Source of the DNA: Antedon mediterranea
Lineage: Eukaryota; Animalia; Echinodermata
Assembly (NCBI RefSeq): GCF_964355755.1
Contig: NC_092671.1
Span: forward strand, 10,540,001 to 10,604,000
DNA: 64,000 nucleotides
Direction: 5' to 3'
The translations under genes were made by a program, and so were the position numbers. The notes under the pieces were generated by a model. It searched no databases, had not been told where the DNA came from, and saw only the letters and a list, made by a program, of their open reading frames with translations. Below, piece by piece: positions 62,231-64,000 of this stretch (positions within the stretch are counted from its first letter, which is position 1; each line of letters opens with the position of its first letter).

Positions 62231-64000
62231 GAGTACAGTTCCTGGTGTTGTTGTTCCTGTACTTTGTTACAGAAACCACAAAGTGTGGCATATGTCCCAA
62301 TAGACTGTGGGCTCAAACATGGGACCCTCCCCCCCCCCCCCTGTATGGGTCATAAAATCCCCAAGGGGGAGGTGGTTACGGTAGCCCACAGTCTACAATG
62401 GAATGAAAAGAACCTAGTGATGGTAGTTTTAATTTTAGGAGTTTATTCATTTTCTGAGGGCTAGACCACTGGAGTGCACCCCTTTAAACTGCACTGTAAT
62501 TTTGTAGTAGATCAAAAGTCTTTAAAATGCATAGGCCTATTGGTTTTACCTTCCTAGAAAATTACTGTAGACATGGAGAACCAGGATTTTTATAGTACTT
62601 ACTATACCATTTTATAGGTACAGTATATTGTGTAATATTTCCTGATACAGTAGATGTTTGATATTGTAGGATGCAGTTTTAGGCACAGTTCAATATGTAC
62701 TGTTGTATTTTGGTATTCGATGGATGTGGCTAACATCCTGGTTCTGACGGAAACAAAAGGAAGCAATGACACTTTTCACGTTTTGAATTAATTTAATCCA
62801 TATGAGAACAACCTATTGTAATTTTCCAGGTTTTGTGAATACTATTCTCTGAAATTCTATGATCCTTTAAAAAAAAAAACCTGTTATATTTATATACTGT
62901 GATTGGATCATATTAATACCTTATTTACATATTTTCTAACAATCATTACACTCCAACATACCTTAATACACAGGAGAATCATAACAGTAAAGTTGAATTA
63001 TTTAACTCAGTTTTGAGCTTTATCGAATTAAATCTCAGAACTAACTGTATGCTTGTGGCCTATAGTTTGCTTCTAGGTCAAAACAGTCTTGGAATACAGG
63101 TTTGTTTAGTTCAAGTCTTCTCAACAGTATTTGCTATGTAGTGATTATTGTATAATTATACAGTAGGAGGATGGGGGCCTGCTGTATCCACTAATTTTGA
63201 TGAGGGCATCCTCTATGTACGACCCTTCCTATACTGTATTTTGCTCACCCAGTACTATGTAGGAACTTTGCTGAAACCCATGGAAATCTTAGAAACTTTG
63301 TGTGATGAGTTTCGGGATCCCTTTGACTCGGAGGGAGAGTACCCGTCAGGGTCCCTACCAAGGGTCACAGGTCTCAGGTTTTTAGTTGTTTTTAAAATTA
63401 ATTAGTGTTCCATGACCTTCTCATCAAAATTATTGTCTCTCATTGTTGTGCTATGTCAACATAATGTCAATGACGGCGAATAATGGGGATAGCTATGCAA
63501 ACAAGTAACAAGTAAGTAAGTAAGTGAACTATATGGCATATTGCTGATAATGAATGATTATCAGATACATTGAAAAATTGACTGTTCTCTTTGATGAGGC
63601 AGTACCAAATTAAATAAGCCAAAAGTCCTGAACATTTAATACTGTACTTTCAATTTATTCGCTGCTTCTATCTTTAATCAGTGTCAAAGACTAGACCATG
63701 CAAAATAATAGTGCTACGATTTTAACTGTGAAGTATAACAGATAGATGGCGTTTATTATTTGATTGGACAAAATTATATAAAATGTTACAAAATAATTGC
63801 TGTGTAATAGAATTATTATAGAACTTTTACCATGCCATAGAACTAATACTGAACAGCAAATGATACCAAATTAACCAATCAAATAGTAAGACTATTCTCA
63901 GGTGTTATAGCAATACATAACTAAACATCAACTTTTTTAAGCTAGAATTTCTTACTTAAAGAATTCCCATTACACTTATATATGTCATTAAACTTGCTAA

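Overview
AT-rich, intron-containing invertebrate animal genomic DNA (possibly an invertebrate deuterostome; the taxon cannot be determined here). Five protein-coding genes were reconstructed by hand from GT-AG exon chains. (1) A PRUNE/PRUNE2(BMCC1)-like gene (+, 5' end outside the window): DHH exopolyphosphatase domain, a 4.44-kb acidic exon with DPF/DLL motifs and a 48-aa tandem repeat, and a C-terminal BCH domain. (2) Cytosolic HSC70 (-) with two heat-shock elements upstream. (3) MCM6 (+) with an E2F site; its stop-codon region is amplified 7x in tandem. (4) COA3/CCDC56 (-) with a U12-type intron. (5) An unidentified low-complexity protein gene (+) that runs off the window. Mobile DNA: a non-autonomous Helitron, a TTAA-flanked MITE, two CAGG-ended elements with 5-bp TSDs, a Harbinger element with a decayed Myb/SANT gene, a 5'-truncated Rex1/Babar-like LINE inside a 109-bp satellite, and a Penelope-type hammerhead ribozyme motif. 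The strongest leads are in the PRUNE2-like gene: two frame-switching microexons that decide which frame of the last exon is read, duplicated internal first-exon modules that could make BCH-only isoforms, and an LxRxxS/amphipathic-helix repeat array. All coordinates were read by eye and no database search was run.
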